Assembly (NCBI GenBank): GCA_049451055.1
Contig: JBMTVF010000001.1
Location: 33,508-97,507, forward strand
Reading direction: 5' to 3'
DNA: 64,000 nucleotides
From: Candidatus Nanopelagicaceae bacterium
Lineage (GTDB): Bacteria > Actinomycetota > Actinomycetes > Nanopelagicales > Nanopelagicaceae
The position numbers and the translations under genes are program-made. Shown one piece after another: positions 17,897 to 26,558 of the stretch. Position 1 is the first letter of the stretch. Each line of letters starts with the position of its first letter. The notes beneath the pieces were generated by a model. That model made no database searches. It was not told the DNA's origin and saw only the letters and a list, made by a program, of their open reading frames with translations.

Positions 17897-20800
17897 AAGC
17901 CGCGAGGTTACGCCACTGGTTGTAAGCGCTAAATAGGTCCCAGGCCCCCGTGGCTCGCAGTGAGAGGCCTCTCGGCCCAGTGCGCCTGATGACTCCCCTT
18001 ACTAGCAAGAGAGAGGAACTTCTCAAAACTTTTGCATAATTATTCTGAGCATCTTCAAAAAAAGTAGAGTCATTGCACCCATAGCCATCGTCTAAAGTAA
18101 GGAACATAACTCGCTTTCCAGAGCGAATCGGAGGAGTTTGTAGAGCGACTTTCACTCCAGCTACTAATACCTCGCTATTTGATCTGTGTTGGCGAAGATG
18201 GTCGGAACGGACTGCGCCTATGGTATTTAAAAATTCTGAGTAGAACTCGATCATATGATGCGAAATATCCATATTTAAATAAGTAATCTCATTTTCCACT
18301 AGCTCGTTTCTTTGTAAATCAGGAAGTCCAGTCTTTTCTAAGGCTGGGGTTAGATCGAATGTAAGTTGGTAGCTAGCGATGCTGATTTTCTGGCTGGAGC
18401 GAGACCAGCGATACAAATCATTTAAGTGGAGCAGCAGATCGCGGCGATTTAACTTTCCTTCATAGAGCGAGTCAAAAGCGCCTACCATTAGTAAAGCTTC
18501 TGCTGTTGGCTTACTAGAACCCGAGCGATTTACAAAATCTGGGAGATCTATAAATGGTCTGGAGTTAATTATGGAGTCAATCTCGGCATCTGTTATCCCA
18601 GAGAGATCTTTGAGAGATACTCGAATAGCTCCGGAATCAACTCGATAGGTTTTATCAGATAAATTCACATCTAAAGGGGCTATTGGCACTCCGCATCTTC
18701 TAGCTTCATCTAACATCAATCGCTTCGGGTACATACCTGGTTCATGGGTGAGAATCCCAGCAAAGAAGGCTGCTGGATAGTGCCGCTTCAGCCAAGCTGA
18801 TTGATAAGTAGGAAGAGCAAATGCGGCCGCATGCGCTTTACAGAAACCAAATGATGCGAAGGCGCGTAACACTTCCCAGACTTCAGTTACTACTTTTAGT
18901 GGATATCCCAACTTAGTGGCTGCCGGAAAGAACCAATCGCAGACCGCTTGTTGGCCCTCTCGGTCGCCAAGAGCGCGCCGCTTTTCATCGGCTTGCGCCA
19001 ATGAAACTCCAGTTAGCCGAGCAATTATCTCTATTACCTGTTCATGGAATACGACCACTCCCTCGGTTTCACGGAGGATCGGCTCTAAATCTTGGTGAAT
19101 TATCGCTCGCGCTTTCCAACCTTGGCGAGCATTTAAAAATGGAGTAATCATGTCGCTCTTCATCGGACCTGGTCGGAAGAGTGAAATATCGATTATTAAA
19201 TCGGTAAAAGTTTCTGGAGCAAATTTCCCAACAAGCTCGCGTTGTCCTGGGCTTTCAATCTGGAATAGCCCTAAGGTATTAGTTGAGCGAATCAATTCAA
19301 AAGTTGAATCATCGTCAAGAGGTATTGCGTCGATATCTATCTTTTTTAACTCAACTCGCTCTATCTCTTTTACAGCGTAAGCAAGGCTTGACTGCATCCG
19401 GACTCCGAGAATATCTAGCTTCAATAGCCCAATTACTTCTACATCATCTTTATCCCAGGGAATCATTGGGTATCCGCTGGCATTTTTTTCAACTGGTGCA
19501 CGATCATAAAGAGATAGATCGGAGAGAACTACAGCGCAAGGATGCATAGCGAGATTTCGAGGAAGACCATCTAGTCGTTCTGCTAATCCAACGGCCATCT
19601 TCCAGATAGGTGAAGCTAGATTTAGATTGCGCAATTCAGGTAGTTCATTAAGTGATTTACTAATATTTTTAGCTCTTATATGGGGCAAAGATTTTGCAAC
19701 TAAATCAATCTCCATTGGGGGTAGCGATAACGCAGCCCCAACATCGCGAATTGCGTGTCTTGCCCTGTAGGTGTCGAACATGGCAACTGTCGCAGTTCGC
19801 TCTTTATAACTTGCGAAGACTTGATCATAAATCTCAAGTCGGCGAGCAGATTCGACATCAATATCGATATCAGGAAGGGCATTTCTTAGAGGCGAACAGA
19901 AGCGCTCCATCAAAAGTCCAAGAGAAAGTGGCTCAACTCCAGATATCCCAAGTAAGTGACAGATAAGCGATCCTGCGCCGCTACCGCGAGCTGCAACTCT
20001 TATCCCACTTGCTCTAGCTTTATCGGTTATAGCGGCGACTGTTAGGAAATATGACTCATAGCCAAGTTGATTGATGATTGCCAACTCTTCCTCAAGTCTT
20101 GTTAAAACTTCGTAGTGATTATGCCTTGAGGGTTCTGGATATTTACTAGAGATTCCAGAATAAGCGCGCTGTTTAAGAATCCGCGACAACTCGACCTGAT
20201 TTCTGGCACCCGACAAGGATGGTTCTGGAAGATGTATAGAGCCAATTCCGATGTCATCTGATGTCGACAATTGAGCTGATTGAGCCCACTCCTGAGTTGT
20301 CCTGATCAGTTTTCTGCCATCTATATCTCCGGCAGCTCTTGCAATTATTTCGGCTATTTGAAACATTTCATTGCTATCTTTTAAAAAAGCTTCGGCATTT
20401 TTGCGCTCAACTACATTTTTATGAAGGGGCAATAGATTGCGAGAAGCATCGAGAATATCTGCGATGGGGGCATCGCTACGCTCTTTCATTCTTACGGCAT
20501 TAGTTAATAAAGCGGGAATTTCATTAGATCGGGCAAATCTGAGCATACGAGCTGCATGGATAGTGGATCTATATCCTGATTTTTCTAGGTGGGATACGCA
20601 CTCAATTGCTTGTGCTTTGAAGATATCTCTAGTTTTATTAAATATAGCTAACGCTCTATCTTCTCTATGGGATGAGATTGATCTACTTATATCTGAGTTG
20701 GGGCCAAATAGCGCTAATAGATTTTTAGTATTTTCTTGATTCGCCTCAAAAAGCTGGTAGTTGGCAGTTCCTGATTTCTTAATCGCAGTCATAACTCTTA

Positions 20801-21068
20801 TTAGAGATTGCCAGTTACCTGGAGTTGCGAGCAAAGTAATTCGAGATTGATTCTCATACTCAATATCGACTCCGATGATGGGAGCTATCGAATTCTCTTT
20901 ACAGCTAACCGCAAATTTAATTGCGCCAGCTAAGGTGTCTCGATCTGTTAAGGCTATCGAGTTCATATTTAACTCCACAGCTTTAGCGACCATCGCTTCC
21001 GGAAGGCTCGTCCCATATTTAAAGGAGTAGCCACTTGCTAGGTGTAGATGGGTAAAACTCATTATCAA
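17889..21068 (-). CDS. dnaE2: Error-prone DNA polymerase III alpha-like subunit DnaE2
   Basis: 1059 aa with an N-terminal PHP domain (FTHLHLASGYSF), Pol IIIalpha core motifs and the short C-terminus typical of DnaE2 rather than DnaE1. It is preceded by a LexA box via orf95. Confidence 0.9.
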   Translation of the reverse strand: MIMSFTHLHLASGYSFKYGTSLPEAMVAKAVELNMNSIALTDRDTLAGAIKFAVSCKENSIAPIIGVDIEYENQSRITLLATPGNWQSLIRVMTAIKKSGTANYQLFEANQENTKNLLALFGPNSDISRSISSHREDRALAIFNKTRDIFKAQAIECVSHLEKSGYRSTIHAARMLRFARSNEIPALLTNAVRMKERSDAPIADILDASRNLLPLHKNVVERKNAEAFLKDSNEMFQIAEIIARAAGDIDGRKLIRTTQEWAQSAQLSTSDDIGIGSIHLPEPSLSGARNQVELSRILKQRAYSGISSKYPEPSRHNHYEVLTRLEEELAIINQLGYESYFLTVAAITDKARASGIRVAARGSGAGSLICHLLGISGVEPLSLGLLMERFCSPLRNALPDIDIDVESARRLEIYDQVFASYKERTATVAMFDTYRARHAIRDVGAALSLPPMEIDLVAKSLPHIRAKNISKSLNELPELRNLNLASPIWKMAVGLAERLDGLPRNLAMHPCAVVLSDLSLYDRAPVEKNASGYPMIPWDKDDVEVIGLLKLDILGVRMQSSLAYAVKEIERVELKKIDIDAIPLDDDSTFELIRSTNTLGLFQIESPGQRELVGKFAPETFTDLIIDISLFRPGPMKSDMITPFLNARQGWKARAIIHQDLEPILRETEGVVVFHEQVIEIIARLTGVSLAQADEKRRALGDREGQQAVCDWFFPAATKLGYPLKVVTEVWEVLRAFASFGFCKAHAAAFALPTYQSAWLKRHYPAAFFAGILTHEPGMYPKRLMLDEARRCGVPIAPLDVNLSDKTYRVDSGAIRVSLKDLSGITDAEIDSIINSRPFIDLPDFVNRSGSSKPTAEALLMVGAFDSLYEGKLNRRDLLLHLNDLYRWSRSSQKISIASYQLTFDLTPALEKTGLPDLQRNELVENEITYLNMDISHHMIEFYSEFLNTIGAVRSDHLRQHRSNSEVLVAGVKVALQTPPIRSGKRVMFLTLDDGYGCNDSTFFEDAQNNYAKVLRSSSLLLVRGVIRRTGPRGLSLRATGAWDLFSAYNQWRNLAACE

Positions 21069-21352
21069 GCAGGTCTAGATGTAGGACGGATTCGCCAGAT
21101 TGGATTTGCTGGATCGGTTATCTCCTCGCGTTCAATTTCAAAAGTTGAAATAGCGCCCAATGGAGCCGCTTCTACTCGCCAGAGAATTCGAGAACCATCA
21201 TCTGGGCGATAGAAGCCATCGCTAGCTCGATTCCACCAAGCCCCTGACTCACGCCAAGAAGAGAGAACTGCATGGATGCGAAATCGCCTGCCGCGGAAGG
21301 TGAACTCGATTGGCTCGCCTCCGGATAGGTAGATATTTGGTCTTTCGAACAT
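21065..21352 (-). CDS. Hypothetical 95-aa protein translationally coupled to dnaE2
   Basis: The ORF overlaps the dnaE2 start by 4 nt, and its start codon lies inside the LexA box. It is Trp/Arg-rich (SSWRESGAWWNR, ILWRVEA). I cannot place it in a family with confidence. Confidence 0.6.
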   Translation of the reverse strand: MFERPNIYLSGGEPIEFTFRGRRFRIHAVLSSWRESGAWWNRASDGFYRPDDGSRILWRVEAAPLGAISTFEIEREEITDPANPIWRIRPTSRPA

Positions 21353-21360
21353 TTGTTCGA
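21345..21360 (-). promoter_or_regulatory. LexA operator (SOS box)
   Basis: Perfect palindrome TCGAAC-ATTT-GTTCGA, identical to the mycobacterial/actinobacterial consensus TCGAAC-N4-GTTCGA. It overlaps the orf95 ATG (21352..21350). Confidence 0.85.
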
Positions 21361-21474
21361 ACCTTAGCGAGAGCCACCGACTAACTGCAACCCATGCGTG
21401 TCTTACCCCGAGATTAGTTGAATTTTCAATTATCTGCCCTATGCTTTTTCAGTCCGCTTAATCGAAAGGGAAAC

Positions 21475-21888
21475 ATGGATATCGTCTTAATCATCGGTCG
21501 CGTGCTATTTGCGCTGATCTTCATCAACTCCGGAATCGCGCACATCACCAAGTTGCAAGCGATGACTGGCTACGCTCAATTCAAGAAAGTGCCAGCTCCT
21601 AAGCTCTCAGTAATCGTGACTGGATTGATGCTAATTATCGGCGGTCTATATATCGCTCTCGGCGTATACGCAGACCTTGGCGCAATACTCATTGCACTCT
21701 TCCTAGTTCTATCTGCATTCAAAATGCATGATTTCTGGACGATCCAAGATGCGCAAGCCAAGCAGGGTGAGACCATAAACTTCTTCAAAAATCTCTCACT
21801 TGCTGGCGCAGCTCTAATTATCTTTGTAATGGTTGGCACCGGAGTCGACTTTGGCCCAAGCATTACTGACGGATTCTTTAACCTCTAA
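21475..21888 (+). CDS. DoxX-family membrane protein
   Basis: About 137 aa with four hydrophobic helices and DoxX-like FINSGIAHI and HDFW motifs. I moved the start to ATG 21475, which follows GAAAGGGAAAC. Confidence 0.7.
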   Translation: MDIVLIIGRVLFALIFINSGIAHITKLQAMTGYAQFKKVPAPKLSVIVTGLMLIIGGLYIALGVYADLGAILIALFLVLSAFKMHDFWTIQDAQAKQGETINFFKNLSLAGAALIIFVMVGTGVDFGPSITDGFFNL

Positions 21889-21899
21889 ATCATCTCCAA

Positions 21900-21938
21900 A
21901 TACCGGCCTTGGTAGCGATACCAAGGCCGGTATCTTTA
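21900..21938 (+). terminator. Hairpin terminator after doxX
   Basis: 15-bp perfect stem ATACCGGCCTTGGTA-gcga-TACCAAGGCCGGTAT followed by CTTTAT. The U-tract is weak. Confidence 0.55.
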
Positions 21939-21939
21939 T

Positions 21940-22686
21940 GTGATGGAAATTCTAATTGCCGCTTTATGCGGCGCTGCGATTGGATCAATTCTTGGATTGG
22001 TCGGCGCAGGTGGTTCGATGATTGCAGTTCCCATGCTTATATACATCTTCGGCTTTACTCCCGTCCAAGCAACTACCGCTTCTCTACTAATAGTTTTTGC
22101 CGGCGCAGCATCTGGTCTAACGTCAAAATTCAAAAATAGAGATGTGCTGATTAGGGATGGACTAGTTATCTGGTTCATTGGCTTAACCACAAATTTTGCC
22201 GGCGCGTATTTTCTCCCTCAACTACCTGAAACTTTGATTCTTACAGGTTTTTCGCTGGTGCTTATTAGCGCAGGCATCTCTATGTTATTGAAACAAGTTT
22301 CACAACGACCAGAACGGCGAATGTCGGTACTTGCGCTAGTGGCGCTCTCCTTACTTATAGGGGCAATGACCGGCTTATTTGGAATCGGAGGTGGGTTTGT
22401 CGCGATACCAATACTCATACTGTTCTACAACGTTTCTCCGAGTAAAGCAGCTGGTACCTCTCTATTCATTATCACGATAAACACTTTGACCGGATTCTTT
22501 GCCCACGCTAGGCATTGGGGCGAGGTTCAATGGTCGTTGCCGATAACAATCGCCGTTTCTGCGTTATTGATTAGTCGAATAGCGGCGCAGCAAAGCATGC
22601 GCTTCCAGCCGGTTACTTTGAAACGTTGGTTCGCTGGTACGGTTTTTATAATTGCCTTTTTCACTTTGCTAGAAACCTGGACTTAG
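21940..22686 (+). CDS. TauE/SafE (DUF81) family anion exporter
   Basis: 248 aa polytopic protein with two GxGGG(S/F) repeats (GAGGSMIAVP, GIGGGFVAIP). Confidence 0.8.
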   Translation: MMEILIAALCGAAIGSILGLVGAGGSMIAVPMLIYIFGFTPVQATTASLLIVFAGAASGLTSKFKNRDVLIRDGLVIWFIGLTTNFAGAYFLPQLPETLILTGFSLVLISAGISMLLKQVSQRPERRMSVLALVALSLLIGAMTGLFGIGGGFVAIPILILFYNVSPSKAAGTSLFIITINTLTGFFAHARHWGEVQWSLPITIAVSALLISRIAAQQSMRFQPVTLKRWFAGTVFIIAFFTLLETWT

Positions 22687-22695
22687 GATTTAGCC

Positions 22696-23184
22696 ATGGA
22701 AGGGATCCTTGAGAAAACTGCGGTTAGACGCGCGCTATCGGCTATGTCCGAACTTGGCATAAAAGGTGAGATCAAGATTCTTTCGGAAAGCGCTCGAACA
22801 GCCCTTGACGCAGCAACTGCACTTGGAATCGAAGTTGGCCAGATTGCATCTTCTCTGGTCTTCAAATTTCCCAACGGAGAACCAATTCTGGTAATAACTT
22901 CTGGTCGCCATCGCGTAGATACTGAATTACTAGCTCGACTTTTTGCAGTTGAAAAGCTCACGAGAGCTGATGCCGATTTTGTTAAAGAATTCTCTGGTTA
23001 TTCTGTTGGCGGGGTGGCTCCTATCGGTTGGCTAAATAAGCCTGAGAAAATAGTTATTGATAAAGCGTTGTCGGATTACGATGTGGTTTGGGCTGCCGCT
23101 GGCCATCCTCATGCCGTTTTCCCAACTACTTTCTCTGAATTGCAAAGAGTAACTTTAGGAAGAGTTGAGCAGGTTGGTAACTGA
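22696..23184 (+). CDS. YbaK/EbsC-type aminoacyl-tRNA trans-editing domain protein
   Basis: 162 aa with SSLVFKF and GYSVGGVAPIG motifs characteristic of the YbaK/ProX fold. Confidence 0.75.
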   Translation: MEGILEKTAVRRALSAMSELGIKGEIKILSESARTALDAATALGIEVGQIASSLVFKFPNGEPILVITSGRHRVDTELLARLFAVEKLTRADADFVKEFSGYSVGGVAPIGWLNKPEKIVIDKALSDYDVVWAAAGHPHAVFPTTFSELQRVTLGRVEQVGN

Positions 23185-23975
23185 TGCAGAGATTAAATCA
23201 TCAAATTGAAGGCGATGGCGATCCGCTACTTCTCATTCATGGAATGGGATCTGCCAGCTCCGCATGGAAAACCATAAAGCCAGAACTCATAAGAGATTTC
23301 AAAGTAATCACGGTGGATTTACCTGGACATGGTGAGACGCCGCTCCTCGAAGGCTCGGCGATGGACCCGAATAGTCTTGCTCGCTATGTGCTAAACGAAA
23401 TGGACGAATTAGGAATTGGAAGTTTTGATGTTTGTGGAAATTCTTTAGGTGGTTGGGTTGCTCTTGAATTAGCTGCACAAGCGCCATCTAGAATTAATTC
23501 TGTCATCGGATTAGCTCCGGCTGGTCTCTGGCTGCACCCTTACAACGTTCGCTACCCCGCTACTGCGTTGGCGAGATTTCTTGCCAAATACACGGCGAGA
23601 GTCGCTCCTACCGCGCTCCATTTTGAGTGGGCACGCGCATTGGGATTTTGGGACGTGAGTCCAAGATGGCGAGATTTTTCCTATCAACTCTGTCTAGATG
23701 CCGTTGAAGCAATGGGAAGGGCGGATGGTTACTACCCTGCCTGGGACGGCATGTTAATGAAACGTTTCGACGGAAAAATACCAAGTGAAATTCCAGTAAC
23801 TATAATTTTTGGAGATACAGACCGCACCCTGCCCGCCACAAATTGTCAGGAGCGCTCAGTTGCTCCGTCGCATGCCAAGTGGATAATTTTTCCTGAAACC
23901 GGTCATGCGCCTATGTGGGATTCACCTAACGATGTCGTAGCCGCAATTCGCCAAACCGCGAGCTTAAGAAAATGA
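23184..23975 (+). CDS. Alpha/beta hydrolase fold protein
   Basis: LLLIHGMGS oxyanion region, GNSLGG nucleophile elbow and a C-terminal GHAPMWD histidine motif. Confidence 0.85.
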   Translation: MQRLNHQIEGDGDPLLLIHGMGSASSAWKTIKPELIRDFKVITVDLPGHGETPLLEGSAMDPNSLARYVLNEMDELGIGSFDVCGNSLGGWVALELAAQAPSRINSVIGLAPAGLWLHPYNVRYPATALARFLAKYTARVAPTALHFEWARALGFWDVSPRWRDFSYQLCLDAVEAMGRADGYYPAWDGMLMKRFDGKIPSEIPVTIIFGDTDRTLPATNCQERSVAPSHAKWIIFPETGHAPMWDSPNDVVAAIRQTASLRK

Positions 23976-24637
23976 TTACTCGTATTTATTTCTGGAGCAT
24001 CCCGAAGCGACTTCTTATGTGGGCGATACTTAGAATGTGGCTAGACCGAAGACCTTTGAAAAAAAATAGCAATATCAAATTCTGGAAGTTGTTAGGAACA
24101 GGTAAGGGATTGACATTCACTCCTCGCGACGCTGATCCAACCCGTTGGGGACTGCTTGTAGTAATCGATGAGGGATCGTTGAGTGAGTTCGAAAATTCCT
24201 CAATAATTAATTCCTGGAATCAACGAGCTACTGCAAAATTCTCAGCAACGCTGCGTTGCATCTCGGTTCATGGAACCTGGTCTAGGAAAAAGCCGTTTAA
24301 TCATGAGGTCGACCCCCGAGAATGGCAGGGCCGAGTCGCCGCAATCACCAGAGCACGTATTAAGTTAAGAAAGAATTTTATTTTTTGGAGAGCAGTTCCT
24401 CCGGTAACTACTAGTTTGCTAACAGCTCCAGGTTTAATTCGCGCTATTGGCATCGGAGAGGCCCCGCTTGGACTACAGGGAACTTTTTCGATTTGGTCAG
24501 ACCCACTTTCAATCAGCACATTTGCCTATCGAGGAGCTGCCCATCAAGAGGCGATCTCGGCAACGGCTAGAGAAAAATGGTATGCCGAAGAACTTTTCAG
24601 CAGATTTGCGGTAATTGAGTCGAGCGGAGAATTCTAG
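23972..24637 (+). CDS. CrtA-like (spheroidene monooxygenase family) protein
   Basis: KFWKLLGTGKGLTFTP, AAITRARIKLRK..FW, IGIGEAPLGLQGTFSIW and W(Y)AEELFSRF blocks match my recollection of Rhodobacter CrtA and flavobacterial CrtA-OH. ATGA overlap with the hydrolase gene. Confidence 0.6.
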   Translation: MITRIYFWSIPKRLLMWAILRMWLDRRPLKKNSNIKFWKLLGTGKGLTFTPRDADPTRWGLLVVIDEGSLSEFENSSIINSWNQRATAKFSATLRCISVHGTWSRKKPFNHEVDPREWQGRVAAITRARIKLRKNFIFWRAVPPVTTSLLTAPGLIRAIGIGEAPLGLQGTFSIWSDPLSISTFAYRGAAHQEAISATAREKWYAEELFSRFAVIESSGEF

Positions 24638-24660
24638 ACAGACTAGGGCAGACTTAGCCC

Positions 24661-25467
24661 ATGTCGATACGTAATTTTCGGCCGCCAAGAGACTTAAGGC
24701 GGCGTATCACGCCAATTCAAAGTGCTATTTCGATCGCAGTCTTGACGGTAGCTATTGGGCTTCAAATCTCATACCCGTTACTAGATGATGAACCTTTGCG
24801 ATTAATTACCATCGCTTTTGTTTATTGGGCGGCAGGTGCCATGTTGTTACATGCACTATTTGCTTATCGTTTTACGTTTGCGATTCGATTTCTCCTGATT
24901 ACCTTTACCTACTCTTTAGCGATTGAGCAGATTGGTTTTAGAACTACTTGGCCATTTGGCGCTTATGAATATTCTGGAACTCTTGGATTTCAAATCTATG
25001 GCGTTCCCTTAGTCGTTCCATTTGCCTGGATCATGATGACTTATCCACTGTTCATTGCGGCAAGACGAATTGCTCCAAAATGGGTCTTCTTGGTTGGTGG
25101 TTATGGATTAATGTCCTGGGATTTATTTCTCGATCCATTAATGGTTTCAGCTGGCCGCTGGACCTGGGAAATTACCGGGCGAACTGTTCCGTTCCAGCCA
25201 GAAATTCCACTCTCAAACACCTTTGGTTGGTTCCTAACTGGGATGGGATTAATGGCTATCTTGGATCGATTCATCCAGAAGGAACGAAGATCTATCGGTG
25301 TAAGCCGAGCCATACCGGAAATTTTTCTATTCTGGAGTTGGATAAGTGGCATCATCGGAAACGTATTCTTCTTCGATCGGCCCGGCGTAGCTCTAATCGG
25401 TGGATTTGCTTTAGGAATAATTGTAATTTGGTATTTCTTAGCTGTGAAATTTGGACGCAGTGATTAA
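24661..25467 (+). CDS. Carotenoid biosynthesis membrane protein, CruF-like (carotenoid 1,2-hydratase family)
   Basis: 268 aa polytopic protein with GRWTWE and LSNTFGW motifs. It lies directly upstream of a GT2 and a CrtD-like desaturase, the usual CruF context. Confidence 0.6.
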   Translation: MSIRNFRPPRDLRRRITPIQSAISIAVLTVAIGLQISYPLLDDEPLRLITIAFVYWAAGAMLLHALFAYRFTFAIRFLLITFTYSLAIEQIGFRTTWPFGAYEYSGTLGFQIYGVPLVVPFAWIMMTYPLFIAARRIAPKWVFLVGGYGLMSWDLFLDPLMVSAGRWTWEITGRTVPFQPEIPLSNTFGWFLTGMGLMAILDRFIQKERRSIGVSRAIPEIFLFWSWISGIIGNVFFFDRPGVALIGGFALGIIVIWYFLAVKFGRSD

Positions 25468-26558
25468 TGATTCAATCGGCTATCCTTTGGTTATCGACAG
25501 TCTTAGTTCTGCTAATAGTTATAATTTCAATCTATAATTCTTTTTCCATAAGAAGTCTGAAAAAGACAAATAAATTAATTACAAGTTCAGTTTCGATTCT
25601 TATTCCGATGCGAAATGAAGAAGTAAACGCTCAAGAGTCTGTCGCTTCGGCTTTAAATCAAAAAGTCCTATCAAAATTTGAAGTCATTGTCCGAGATGAT
25701 GAATCCACGGACTCCACCCTTGAGCTTCTACAGAAAATTACAGATTCGCGACTCTCGATACAAATCGGGAAGCAGCTTCCAACGGGTTGGCTTGGAAAAA
25801 ATTATGCAATGTTGGAACTTGCTCAAGCTTCTAAGGGAGAATATTTGATTTTCCTGGATGCAGATGTGCGACTTTCTCCAACTGCAATAGCAGATTCAAT
25901 TTCGCTACTTGAGGAACTTGGTCTCGATTACCTTTCTCCTTATCCAAAGCAATTAGCCGCGGATTTGCCTAGCGCTTTGGTTCAACCGCTTTTGCAATGG
26001 TCTTGGTTCTCTACCTTGCCTTTAAGGCTCAACGAAAAAAGTCTTCGGCGTTCAACTGCTGTTGCAAATGGTCAATTCTTTATTGTTAAACGTACGGCTT
26101 ATCTTGCGGTTGGTGGCCACTCCAAGATTCGTGATGAGGTCCTAGATGACTTAGAGCTGGCCAGATTATTGCGCATGCATGCCTTTCGAGGGAGCGTGAT
26201 TGATGGATCTGAAAGTGCAACGTGTCTGATGTACCCGAATTTTAGTCAATTACTGCAGGGTTACTCGAAGTCTCAGTGGCGCGCTTTTGGTTCAATTTAC
26301 GGCGCTATTTCTGCGATTACCTTCCTCGGCCTAACTTCGATTGCGCCCTTCTTATATGCAATTTCTGGAAATTCTCAAGCTGCACTGTTATCACTCGGTG
26401 TAATTTTTACTCGACTTCTAACTGCTTGGAAAACTCAATCCATAATATGGAGTTCATTTCTCCACCCAATCTCAATTATTATCTGGGTTTTCTTAATTAT
26501 CTACTCATTCCATTTGAAGTTGAGTGGAAAACTTCAATGGCGAGGTCGCGCACTATGA
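25467..26558 (+). CDS. Family 2 glycosyltransferase with C-terminal TM helices (CrtQ/CruC-like carotenoid glycosyltransferase)
   Basis: VSILIPMRNEE, VRDDESTDST and FLDADV GT-A motifs, with membrane helices at both ends. Overlaps the start and stop of its neighbours. Confidence 0.7.
   Translation: MIQSAILWLSTVLVLLIVIISIYNSFSIRSLKKTNKLITSSVSILIPMRNEEVNAQESVASALNQKVLSKFEVIVRDDESTDSTLELLQKITDSRLSIQIGKQLPTGWLGKNYAMLELAQASKGEYLIFLDADVRLSPTAIADSISLLEELGLDYLSPYPKQLAADLPSALVQPLLQWSWFSTLPLRLNEKSLRRSTAVANGQFFIVKRTAYLAVGGHSKIRDEVLDDLELARLLRMHAFRGSVIDGSESATCLMYPNFSQLLQGYSKSQWRAFGSIYGAISAITFLGLTSIAPFLYAISGNSQAALLSLGVIFTRLLTAWKTQSIIWSSFLHPISIIIWVFLIIYSFHLKLSGKLQWRGRAL

Noticed and set aside
17930-17990. 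Local GC-rich patch near the 3' end of dnaE2
   Set aside because: It translates cleanly as the conserved DnaE2 C-terminus (RRTGPRGLSLRATGAWDLF). The composition is explained by coding constraint.
26276-26554. 93-codon N-terminal extension of the CrtD-like ORF
   Set aside because: It lies entirely inside the GT2 gene in another frame and is Cys/Phe/Asn-rich nonsense. The FAD-binding fold starts right after ATG 26555, which forms an ATGA overlap with the GT2 stop.
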